A stretch of DNA of 64,000 nt, taken from contig CM022672.1 of assembly GCA_012295275.1 (NCBI GenBank), positions 19,468,001 to 19,532,000 of the forward strand, given 5' to 3'. This document shows, in pieces, positions 54,289-64,000 of the stretch; positions within the stretch are counted from its first letter, which is position 1; the number at the start of each line of letters is the position of its first letter. Origin of the DNA: Chrysomallon squamiferum. Lineage: Eukaryota; Animalia; Mollusca. The notes beneath the pieces were generated by a model. It had not been told where the DNA came from and made no database searches. It saw only the letters and a program-made list of their open reading frames with translations. A program made the translations under genes and the position numbers.

Positions 54289-56509
54289 CTGGAAAGAACA
54301 TTAATAATGATTAACAAAAATTCACTCCTGTATAATACATTTTTTTAAAATTTAGGTCCTGAATATCAATAATGATTAATAAAAAAACTCTAGAGATATA
54401 ATTTTTTATTATTTTTAATTAACTTTTGTACAATACCATATTGTCTTTCTTGTGACCAATATGGAGACTCAACAAATTTTAAAATTTAAAAAAAAATAAA
54501 TAATTAGTTATTAAAATCAAGCTAAATGTCTAAAGTAAAACTAAATTATTTCAGTTTAACTTTTAAATACTGATATTTTAAAAAAATAGAAATAACAAAA
54601 ATACTGAAAAGTATAAATGACAATATCATAATATGAAGAGACAGGAAAATGAAATTCAATTTTAATGTTAGTTATGTTTTATTTATTTCACATATTTTGT
54701 TAATAGTCTTATCATAAAAAGGCAGAAAGTGCTTTGCAAATTTTATTTTGAACAATAAAACTTGGTGACGAAGGAATAATGGAGTAAATGTATTCATGCT
54801 TGACTGACAAACAACCCTGTTTTATTTTATGGACAGCTTTGACTTGGTAAACATGATGCAATAACTATCTTTAAAACAGAGCAAGTTTTTGAAATAGCTT
54901 CCTGAGAAAAGAAAAGTAATATGCCGGTGAACCTGTTTCAGAGTGGATTTTAAAATAACAAATGTAATGCAGCTATGGCTATAAATATTTACATTTTAAA
55001 AATCCATAAATGTCAGCAAGCATCTCAGAAGATAAATATTTAAAAAGTCATTACTGTGTCCTTAGATTATGTATAGTAAGAAACATTAGAAGTCCTGGTA
55101 CGTTTACACAGCAATTATTATTTTTTTGTAAAAATGTATATACTTTATGTTATGTACTTAAAAGCATTTAAAAGATGGCCATACTCCAGGTACTTCAAGT
55201 ATATTTTGAATAAAAGATTTGAAAACATGTAAAGATATTATGTACACTGTGGCAGGTAATTAGTACCATTGTTCCACAGATGTGGAATCGCAAAAAGAAA
55301 ATAATTAACAATATAATATACAAAAAGTGATATTAAGATATTTTATCAAATATATTTTTGTATTTTACTATATAGCATTAGTAATAGCCTGTTTAGAGGT
55401 AATTCACATGAAACCAGTTGCAGTATTTACAGAAACAGTCAGGCCAAACTTTTACGCTGTTAAAGAGAGTTAATGACCTTTTTTGCTGCTTAATACAAAT
55501 AAATATATTAACATACATACTGGCAAAAATATAATATATTACAAATGATAGGCATTATATCATCTAGTAAACACAGAGTTAGTTATCGGGTGCAAAATGA
55601 ATCATAAGAAATATACTTAATGTCATGGTGGAATGCTCTAATTTTGTTAACTTCATTCTAAGATGCTGTTAAATACTCTGTACAGACTGTAGTTACAACA
55701 CTGGCTTGCCATATTTCTTTAAGTCGATCTTTAATGGGCCAAGTTGGATGCTACACTGAAGATGGTGTCAAAATATGTTTGTTTTTGTAAATTCTTGAAA
55801 CAGCTTTTTTATTTGTTAATTACTGATATTATATTATTACTCTAGTTATGAAACTTAGTAAGAAAAAATTATATTTGACTTGAATATTTTGTTAACTTCT
55901 GTTTTTCCAGAGTTAAATTATACGGAGGTGCTAGCATTTTTATTTCAGCATTTTCCATGCAATGGACGGTCATAAGTTGAAATAAAACTGGAGTTTTTTC
56001 AATAGCAAATAGCAGTAATAATAACATTAATAATAATAAATAAATAATAATAATAATAACCATAACAATTCTTTTCCATTTATTAATTTATAAATATTTT
56101 TTCAAAAAATATTTCTAGACCCTGCAAACACAGACTGACTAGGATATCTTGCCAAAATTGCAGTTAAACAGTGAAAGTGCAGAACATCAGCTTTTCGGAT
56201 TTAAAAATATTAAATTGCTGATTTTATTTGTTAAAACAAGCATCACTTATTATGCCACATATTTGTCAATTCCAATCATTTGGTAAAAGAGCACTGTTAG
56301 TTCCATTATGTGACAAATGCAGAGCAATGCACACTGGAACATAACAATCAATAGCTTAGGGGGGTGCATGTTGCTTCCTCCACCACAAATAAAAAAGAAA
56401 AAGAAAATTCCTGGATGTACTATATTAACTGTTATGCGGTGGGTTATTGCAGCGAGTTTGTCGTGCCGTTTAAATGGCTTGAACTGGTATGTTAAAGTCT
56501 TGCTTCTAC

Positions 56510-56582
56510 CTTCCAGTCCACAGGAGTTGCAACTTTCTTAACAGCAGTCAGCTGCAGACTGTCAATCACACGAAGGATTTCA
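56510..56582 (-). CDS. PRDX6: Peroxiredoxin-6 exon 5
   Basis: (D)[30 protein letters not shown] acceptor, GTAGAA donor. Confidence 0.96.
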
Positions 56583-57181
56583 CTGTAAAGAGATAAAATA
56601 CAAGCAGCTGACAAATAACCTGGTTTTTTTATTTAATCCTTCAACCTACCATGTCATGTACCTATACTAACTTAATTTACAATGTCAGCAATAACCTATG
56701 ATTCAAATGTATTTTACCCCCAAAACGTCCCATGAGACTACTGAATATAGCAACTTTGCAATGGTTTTGCAATGATCTAAATCAAAGTGAACTTCATGTT
56801 TACAAAAGTGAGAATTATTAATGATAACTAGTAATCAGAAAAAATATACATATAAAAAAAATGAAATACCCAGTACCTAAAATATATTTAATTAGGAAGC
56901 ATACAAATATATCAGAAAATACACAAATGTTATCACATTCTTTATTGTAAAAGATCGTAATGAATCATAAAAACAATTACAAATGGTTTGATCCCAAAAT
57001 GTAAGAAAGGAAAAGAAATATTTTAGTGCAAGTTAAAATGGAGTTCAACATTATATTAATATTAGTTTTTATATGTCTGTCATGAGTATCTGATTCATTG
57101 TTCAGGATGAGTGATACAATAACTAATTTTATTTCTGTTGCATTTTTAAAGAGGTTGTAATATAGTAAAAACAAAACTTAC

Positions 57182-57255
57182 TCAAAGTTTCTTCCTGTGG
57201 TTGCAGGATACAGGATGGACAATTTTAGTTTCTTGTCTGGTCCAATAATGAACAC
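57182..57255 (-). CDS. PRDX6: Peroxiredoxin-6 exon 4
   Basis: [24 protein letters not shown](D); TTTAAG acceptor, phase-2 donor GTAAGT. Confidence 0.96.
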
Positions 57256-57711
57256 CTTAAAAGAAACATTATGGCTTTAACAAAAAGCCCTTCGTACAAA
57301 ACTTTCCAAATCCATACCATCCAAACCCAGAACTACTGCTGTTTCAACAAAATGTATACACTCAGTGACTCATGCACTAAAGTATTTAGTAAAGCAGATT
57401 TTCAGAATTTTATTTTTACATCATTCAGGATAAAAAAATTTAAAAAAATAAAATAAAAAATAAAAGTAATAAATCATGAAGGACAAATACATGTTTTTTC
57501 TCATATATTTCTCTTTACAATGTATCATGAAAATCAAAATATCAGCATCCATACATTCACAAGCTATGGTTTGTATTGTTACAATTTCCAACTGGCACAA
57601 ATTAATGATACAAAATTTAAAAAAATAAAAGTATAATTTGGCAATGTTTAAAATGTATTTAGGATATCTGTTCATATCATCACAGCTAAACTAAAAATAA
57701 AATGAACCTAC

Positions 57712-57855
57712 AGCTCTTGCAGTCAGTGGCTGGCCAGATGAATCCTTCTCATCAGGATCCACCATTCCAAGCTGGACAGCCAGCTTTCTGTCCTTGTCAG
57801 AAATGATGGGGTACGGGAATTTTTCACTGGGCTTCCCAACATAGCTCATCACATC
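57712..57855 (-). CDS. PRDX6: Peroxiredoxin-6 exon 3
   Basis: DVMSYVGKPSEKFPYPIISDKDRKLAVQLGMVDPDEKDSSGQPLTARA; TTTTAG acceptor, GTAGGT donor. Confidence 0.96.
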
Positions 57856-58415
57856 CTAAAACAAAATATAATTAAAATCTTCTAATTATAAATGTAAACA
57901 TGGTGGGTAAACACTGTAAATAAGTTGATTTTCTTTTGATTTTTAAAAACAAAATTAAATAAAGAAAACATATTTAGCATTGCTTTCACTCTGCACTTCA
58001 AAATATAGTCTAATTTGAAAATAGAATTAAAAATATTGCTAAAATTACAGACATTAAAAATACTATTGTTAAGCTATGGGATTTTTGGGATTTTTCTCTT
58101 TTTTTCTTCTGCTTGAATTCAATTAATGGCAAGAACATCTCAAGTTTTGACTATCAGAGGATATACTGAATTTATTATGTTATTATATGGGAAGTAGTTA
58201 ATATGTCTTTACTTATTGTGCAAAGTACTAATTTGACAACAATATCCTACACCAAAAAAAAAGAAGAAATTTATTACAATTTTATTTTACTTTTTTTTTT
58301 TATATATATATATCAATGTCTGGTAACAAAATTCAAGCTAAAGTAAAATAAAATAAAATTAAAATTATTCCACATAATTAGTTTACATAAATAAAATTTA
58401 AATAACAAAGATTAC

Positions 58416-58572
58416 CTTTGCCCATCCATTGTGATCATCAACTGAGTCACATGATAGTGCAATGATCTTGACATTTCTCTTCTGAAATTCTGGCAGTAAG
58501 GTGACCACCCGACCCAGTTCTGTGGTGCATACTGGAGTGTAATCAGCAGGATGTGAAAACAAAACAGCCCAG
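58416..58572 (-). CDS. PRDX6: Peroxiredoxin-6 exon 2 (peroxidatic Cys)
   Basis: (S)[52 protein letters not shown]; TTTCAG acceptor, GTAATC donor. Confidence 0.97.
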
Positions 58573-58639
58573 CTGAAAAAAATTAAAAACAAAAAGAATT
58601 AACTAAGCAACTCAAATATGTTCATATTAATATTAAATA

Positions 58640-58969
58640 CAGGTACTGGGCCAATTATCCGGCATCCTGAAATCCGGAAAGACCAGAAAACTTGGAAGTT
58701 TTTTCCCCGACACTATTTTCATAGTTTGCACATGTGGCTGTTTTCCTCACCAGACTGGAACTACTCTTTCAAGCTGCGTGGCATTCATTCACTCGCCGCA
58801 TTGTTTACATGTCGAGTTGCCACAGTTATGTATCATCAATTTTGTTTATGTTTTTAATTTTAAAATGTTTATGCCTAATTATTAGAGTTATTGGTACCAG
58901 AAACTGGAAAATCCAGAAATCTTGAATGCCTCAGGCCCCAAGGAATCTGGATAACTGGTCCGGTACCTG
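58640..58969. mobile_element. Tc1/mariner-pogo-type MITE in PRDX6 intron 1
   Basis: TA|CAGGTACTGGGCCAATTATCCGG ... CTGGATAACTGGTCCGGTACCTG|TA: TIRs plus TA duplication. A second copy lies at 63801-64000. Confidence 0.9.
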
Positions 58970-60189
58970 TATCAGTACAAATGGTCAATATGACAGATTA
59001 CTGATGGAAAATGCTCAACAATTTTCAGCAACTAATGTAATTAATTCTCTTTTAAATATTTATAATTTCACTGTACAGGCAAGAAACAATTTCTTTTTTT
59101 TTTATGAGGATTTGAACCATTGGTTCTTAGTTTTACAACTCATGTTCTGCCAACTAATTAAGAAATGACTACCAGCTATAGCCAGTAAGAGTACAACAAT
59201 ATCAAGAAAAAGTATATATAAACCTAACAGGCAGCTAATCATTTTATATCTCAACTGCTATTTAAAAAATAACCTATTATACTTTTTAATTACTACCAGC
59301 TCTAGACCAATCTTAAACATGATGTGCAACAATGTTTAATTTCATTAAATAAATGACTAAATGTTGAAAGGAAGGATTTAATGTAATCCAGTGTTATCCA
59401 CATATACAGAGTAATATGTGAAATGAACATTTTTGTTTTATTATGTTCAGTGAATATGTATGAACATTAATATTGTAATTTAAATTATTTTCAACAATAT
59501 TAGGTTAATAATTTGAAAATATAGACAGAAAAAAAAATAAAAAAAAAAATAAAAAAAACCCATTAAATTAATTAATACTACTACTTATAATAAATCAGGA
59601 CATTATACAAGTACAACCTATTGGCCAGGAGCTTGTACAAGTATAAAATATTACTACTTGCAAATGACATAATTGGCTATTCATTATTTTTACTTGACAT
59701 TGTACCAGATAGTAATAACAATAAGTAAAAAAAAAAGGTGAAATCTGATCTTGCTAAAGTGTAGCTTCAACAGTACAGGCAGCAACAGGACAGAGATTAA
59801 ATAATCCAGTCTAACTTGACCTGGACTAATTTCTGCAGTTGTAAAGATACAAGAGTTGAGGACAAACTATCTCGAATACTGATGTTATATGGAAGTCAAC
59901 AAACATGGAAAAATACCCAAAGTTCAATATTTGTTTAGGGTATCTAGAGAGTGTCCTTGAAATCCTCAAGGAGTCACGTTCACTGATCTTGAATGTATTA
60001 TGTTGTTAACTGGGTCACTGTAGTCCTTAGTCCTCTCATCGAATGATTTAGCAATTTTTGCTTTTAAAAATATCTTAGTTGTATTGTTAGTGACTTTTCA
60101 TGCAAAAAAAAAAGTTAGGAACAAACGAAAACTAAAAATATACACAATTAGTTCCACTTTTTCATCTATTAATAGCAAACATGGACATG

Positions 60190-61153
60190 ACTGTAATGAC
60201 ATTACTTTACTGAATGCACAAACAGATGGCTATGAAGGAATTGACTACATACAATTATTATTTTCAACTCACTTTATACTGACAATTAAGTCTATCATGG
60301 TTTTAAAAAGAAGTAAAAAGTCTATTTCCAAAATGTTTTGCATTATTTTTAACTATTTCATGACATTACTACAGAATGACTTAAAATTTAATTCTATAGA
60401 TATATAGATGTATTGTGAATATAAATACTAAAGAAAATAAAGAAAAGTTAAAAACAAAATGAATTACATCAGTTTTAAGTAAATTAAAATAATAAAATGA
60501 TTCTTTTAAACACAGATTATCATTTGTAAATTTTAATAACAAATTTTTAAAAAAAAATTTCAACTTTTTATTTATATTTTTTTTTAAATATATATATAAA
60601 GCATTCATATTTTTAACCCAACATGTTTAAATATAATCCCTATCACAACTATGACACCTGAACATTTCATGCACTGCTGCTTTCAAAAATGTCTTATGAA
60701 TAATGTCTTCTTCTTGACCATGACCTCAGATTTAGCCAGAAGTTTCTATTAACAATCACATTAAGAATGATAAAGAGCTTCTGAAACTTTTTTCTCACCA
60801 TTACAGATTTTTAGAATGGGTGGGAAATAACAAAAAAATAATTGGAAAATCAGACAATCACATTACTATACTGAACGCATGAGTGAGTGGTTATGAAGGA
60901 ATGACAAATACCTTATTTTCAACTGACTATATATCAGTAAATAAATTTGTAATTCATTAATGTAAACATCATTATTTTTAAAAATACAAATAAAAAAAAA
61001 TAAAAGACTACATTCAAAACTATTTTGCATTAATTATTTTTAGTACAATTTCTGTGACATTAATGCACTGGTGGCATATTTAAAAGTTTTACTGATAAAA
61101 AAGAAACATAAAACACAACAAACAAAATATATATAAATTAACAAATTATTTTT

Positions 61154-61201
<48 letters not shown>

Positions 61202-61575
61202 AGACTCTCAGGGTCTATGACAGGAGGGTTCAGCTGGTACATTGTTCCAGGGCCTAAGAGCTAAGAAGGGCCCCACAGCAACCATTCAACATCCATCCCC
61301 CCTCAAAAACAAGCACTTTATGTTATATCTGATCTTGGAAATAAAGCATTTAAACATCATGACAACCAAGTATTTTCACCCTCTAATGGATGTAAAATAT
61401 ATCAAGTCAAAAATAAATTGTTGACCATGACCCCAGCCCTAACAAAAGGTTTCTATTAACAAAGTAAAAAATATTCAAGAGCTCTTAGCTTTTTTTTTTT
61501 TTTTAAATTCCCTTTATATGAATATATGCTTTTACATGTGGGGAGCAAAGAAAAATAGAAAAATCAGACAATTAC
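60190..61575 (+). repeat. Diverged ~0.7 kb tandem duplication in PRDX6 intron 1
   Basis: TTGACCATGACC.CAG...TTTCTATTAACAA...AAAATCAGACAAT at ~60714 and ~61421; ACATTACT.TACTGAA.GCA...TATGAAGGAAT...TTATTTTCAACT at ~60199 and ~60860. Confidence 0.65.
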
Positions 61576-61725
61576 TGTCATATATATACATTATGAATAA
61601 ACATGTCATTGGTAGAATTATTAATAGAATTTGATTTTTTGTCAATAAATAAAAATTCTTGTTCAACATTTTTTATTTTACAAACACTGAAATTATAAAC
61701 TGAATTTATACTGTTACTACATCAA

Positions 61726-61759
<34 letters not shown>

Positions 61760-62890
61760 ATATATCTTTCTCAGCATTCTCCGAATGTAACTAAATAATA
61801 GCAAAAATCTGCTTATTTTAAAAAGTCTCAGCTTTCAATATTTTTCAATTTGTTGTAAATGTTCATCTTCATTTCTTTCAATATTGGCTGTCACTTTGTT
61901 ATGTTAGTACAATAAACTGAATCATCCATTCATCTGCCTCCAGTCATGTGATTATCTGCTTGTGCATTGCTTGCAGCAATTTAACTCTCAGGTCAAGGTC
62001 CTAAACTGATGCAAGAATATTTTCACACCCTTTGAAGTGCATTTATTAAAGTCTGATAAATCAACATAAAAACTACACTATTATATTTTGATGTTCATCA
62101 GATGTTTGGGATTTGACAAGAATTTATGTTTGCTGAAAGCAGTGTGTGCCTAAATCATAATTATGAGGTTATTGTTAATTTTTTTGTTTTTTGTTATCTT
62201 TTTCTGAAACTTTATTTACATTTCAGTGAAAATTAAATTATTCTGAACCAAAATTCTGAATTTTATTTATGATGATGACGACATTAGCCTTCATGAATTA
62301 GTTAATCGAGGTCTAGATGTGTAGAAAAGAATTCTCAATTTTTAGTACTATAAATTATTTTTATGTTTCTGTTTAATACATGCATTGTATTGATGTTTTG
62401 AATATTTTATTCAGTTTGATCAGAACTTATAGGAACTGCATATTTTACTGAGTTGATTTAGTTGCACAAAAAAAAAAAAAAAAAAAAAATAAAAAAGCGT
62501 TTGTACAAAAATATATAAATAATAAATATGAAGGTTGTTGTGTTTGAGTAAAGTTTTAGTTTCTAAAAATGTATTGAAAAAAGATTAGTTAAAAGAGTTG
62601 TTCAGAGATCTTTTATTCTTATTTAATCTATAATGATTTCTTAAAATAATAATAATAATAATCCTGTTTCACCATACCCTTGCTATAAGTATTAAAATTA
62701 TTGTCATATTTCCTATACATTTATAATCATATAACGCATATTCTGTCTCAGATTAAGCCTTCAAAAACTAGAGCACCTTTCACCTGTTAAAAAGAAACGG
62801 TGTCGCGATAACAAATCTTAAATTAAGATTAAGATTTAATCTGTCATGTAATGAAATTAAATAAATGTTAAAGTACTTAACAAAACGCAC

Positions 62891-62976
62891 CTGTCTCCTA
62901 TCCAGTCATGGAACTGAATTTCTCCAGCTGTTGTTGCTGCTTTAAAATTTGGAAAAAGATCTCCAAGATTCACCAT
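62891..62976 (-). CDS. PRDX6: Peroxiredoxin-6 exon 1
   Basis: MVNLGDLFPNFKAATTAGEIQFHDWIGD(S); good Kozak context AAAATGG; phase-2 donor AG|GTGCGT. Confidence 0.95.
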
Positions 62977-62999
62977 TTTGATTCACTAACTAAAGAATT

Positions 63000-63200
63000 A
63001 GGTACAACCAGACGTTACAACCCAAGCTAAACGTGGCCCGACTTGCTTCAGTAACCTCGATCTCTTCAGCGACGATAACCAGCATATCAATGTCACGTGA
63101 TTGTACTTTTTGTAGGGCGCCCGTTGGCCGCTTGCGATCAAATCAATGTATAATACGTTCAGCAAATGCTCTGTTGTCCCGTTACTGTAGTAGAAAGTGT
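63000..63200 (-). promoter_or_regulatory. Candidate PRDX6 promoter/5' UTR
   Basis: CpG-rich segment immediately upstream of the ATG, with E-box GTCACGTGA at 63092-63100. Confidence 0.5.
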
Positions 63201-63435
63201 GATCATTATTCATAAGCACGATCTGATTATAAACTTGACAAAATAAGGGACGTAGGTTGTATTTGAATATAATTAAATGTATTTATCAAACGCGTGATTA
63301 ATTTGCCTGTCGTTTGTTCTGTAAATTATAATGACTTCGTACAAAATAAACAATTAAAAAATAAAATATGACATGTTTATAAGAAAATCTAATGTTACAT
63401 TAGGATATTTCGCAGAATTTTAAAAATTTTTTAAA

Positions 63436-63481
<46 letters not shown>

Positions 63482-63589
63482 GGTATTTTCAATAATGTTC
63501 AACACTGTAGCAATAGACAATCCCATTATATTTCGGAAATAATGTATGTAAGATAGTCATAGCTAACATTTTAAATTATCAGTAGCATC

Positions 63590-63798
63590 ATAATCATCAA
63601 TGTGCAGCCTTAGTATCACAATGCTGGGCGAAAGCCTGAACATGTTTCTAAACAGTCCCATTTGCGCTGCCTTCTGCTATTATATGGTTCCTTTCCAGTA
63701 CTCCTCCATTTCATCTCTTCAACGACTCGCTGGTCACTAGATCGTTTTCCTTCGTATGGTTTCCAAGTGATGAGACGCAATTTCCATCGGTTATCTTA
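63590..63798 (-). mobile_element. RTE-clade LINE 3' end fragment
   Basis: Minus strand gives DNRWKLRLITWKPYEGKRS, then after frameshifts RDEMEEYWKGTI and AFAQ. This matches the C-terminal W-x-P...KR.RGRP..RW.DE...W...AQDR..W...AF pattern of RTE ORFs. It is interrupted at a TA by the MITE at 63801. Confidence 0.75.
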
Positions 63799-63800
63799 TA

Positions 63801-64000
63801 TAGGTACCGGACCAATTATCCGGACTCCTTGGGGCCTGAGGCAACCGGATTTCTGGATTTTCCGGTTTTCTGGTACCAATGCATCTAAATACGTAAATTA
63901 TTAGGCATAAACATTTTAAAATTAAAAATATAAAGAAAATTGACGATACACAACTGTGGCGACTCGACACGTAAACAGTGCGGCGAGTGAATGAACGCCA
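63801..64000 (-). mobile_element. Second, inverted copy of the 58640-58969 MITE (runs off window end)
   Basis: TAGGTACCGGACCAATTATCCGGACTCCTTGGGGCCTGAGGCA... is the reverse complement of ~58780-58969. Confidence 0.9.

Larger units (their letters stand above)
54160..62976 (-). other. PRDX6: Gene model: peroxiredoxin-6 (1-Cys Prx), 6 coding exons, 220 aa
   Basis: Exons of 86+157+144+74+73+129 = 663 nt, all GT-AG and in frame, with motifs [37 protein letters not shown] and VATPVDWK. Confidence 0.97.

Noticed and set aside
54042-54317. 91-aa minus-strand ORF
   Set aside because: It overlaps PRDX6 exon 6 in the wrong frame; the true frame is PGNKCMVVP...TPHP.
56420-56500. CpG-containing patch in PRDX6 intron 5 as a snoRNA
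   Set aside because: No convincing C/D or H/ACA architecture; it abuts what looks like a decayed MITE end.
57364-57376. Antioxidant response element in PRDX6 intron 3
   Set aside because: TGACTCATGC is an AP-1 core, but the GC is one base off the TGACnnnGC ARE spacing.
61209-61300. hAT-like terminal sequence (CAGGGTCTATGACAGG...CCAGGGCC)
   Set aside because: No matching opposite TIR or TSD found.

Overview
AT-rich, microsatellite-rich animal genomic DNA, probably a lophotrochozoan such as a mollusc (inference from repeat types and protein style). It has spliceosomal introns, so most entries in the supplied ORF track are spurious. Three genes could be reconstructed by hand. (1) The first coding exon of NOS1AP/CAPON (- strand, 21136-21243), followed by an apparent >21 kb intron running off the left end. 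(2) A 9-coding-exon + strand gene (42328-49802, ~369 aa) encoding a C-terminal RNF38/44-like RING-H2 E3 ligase domain preceded by about eight MIU-like ubiquitin-binding helices, with signs of local duplication. (3) A complete 6-exon 1-Cys peroxiredoxin PRDX6 (- strand, 54160-62976, 220 aa), tail-to-tail with the RING gene. A ~20 kb CpG-retaining intergenic block (21.3-42 kb) holds candidate regulatory elements. Several MITEs (hAT-type with an 8-bp TSD, Tigger/pogo-type, TTAA-type), an RTE LINE 3' fragment and local duplications are present. CpG decay tracks gene bodies, and one MITE pair shows this directly. No tools were used, so homology calls rest on recognised motifs.
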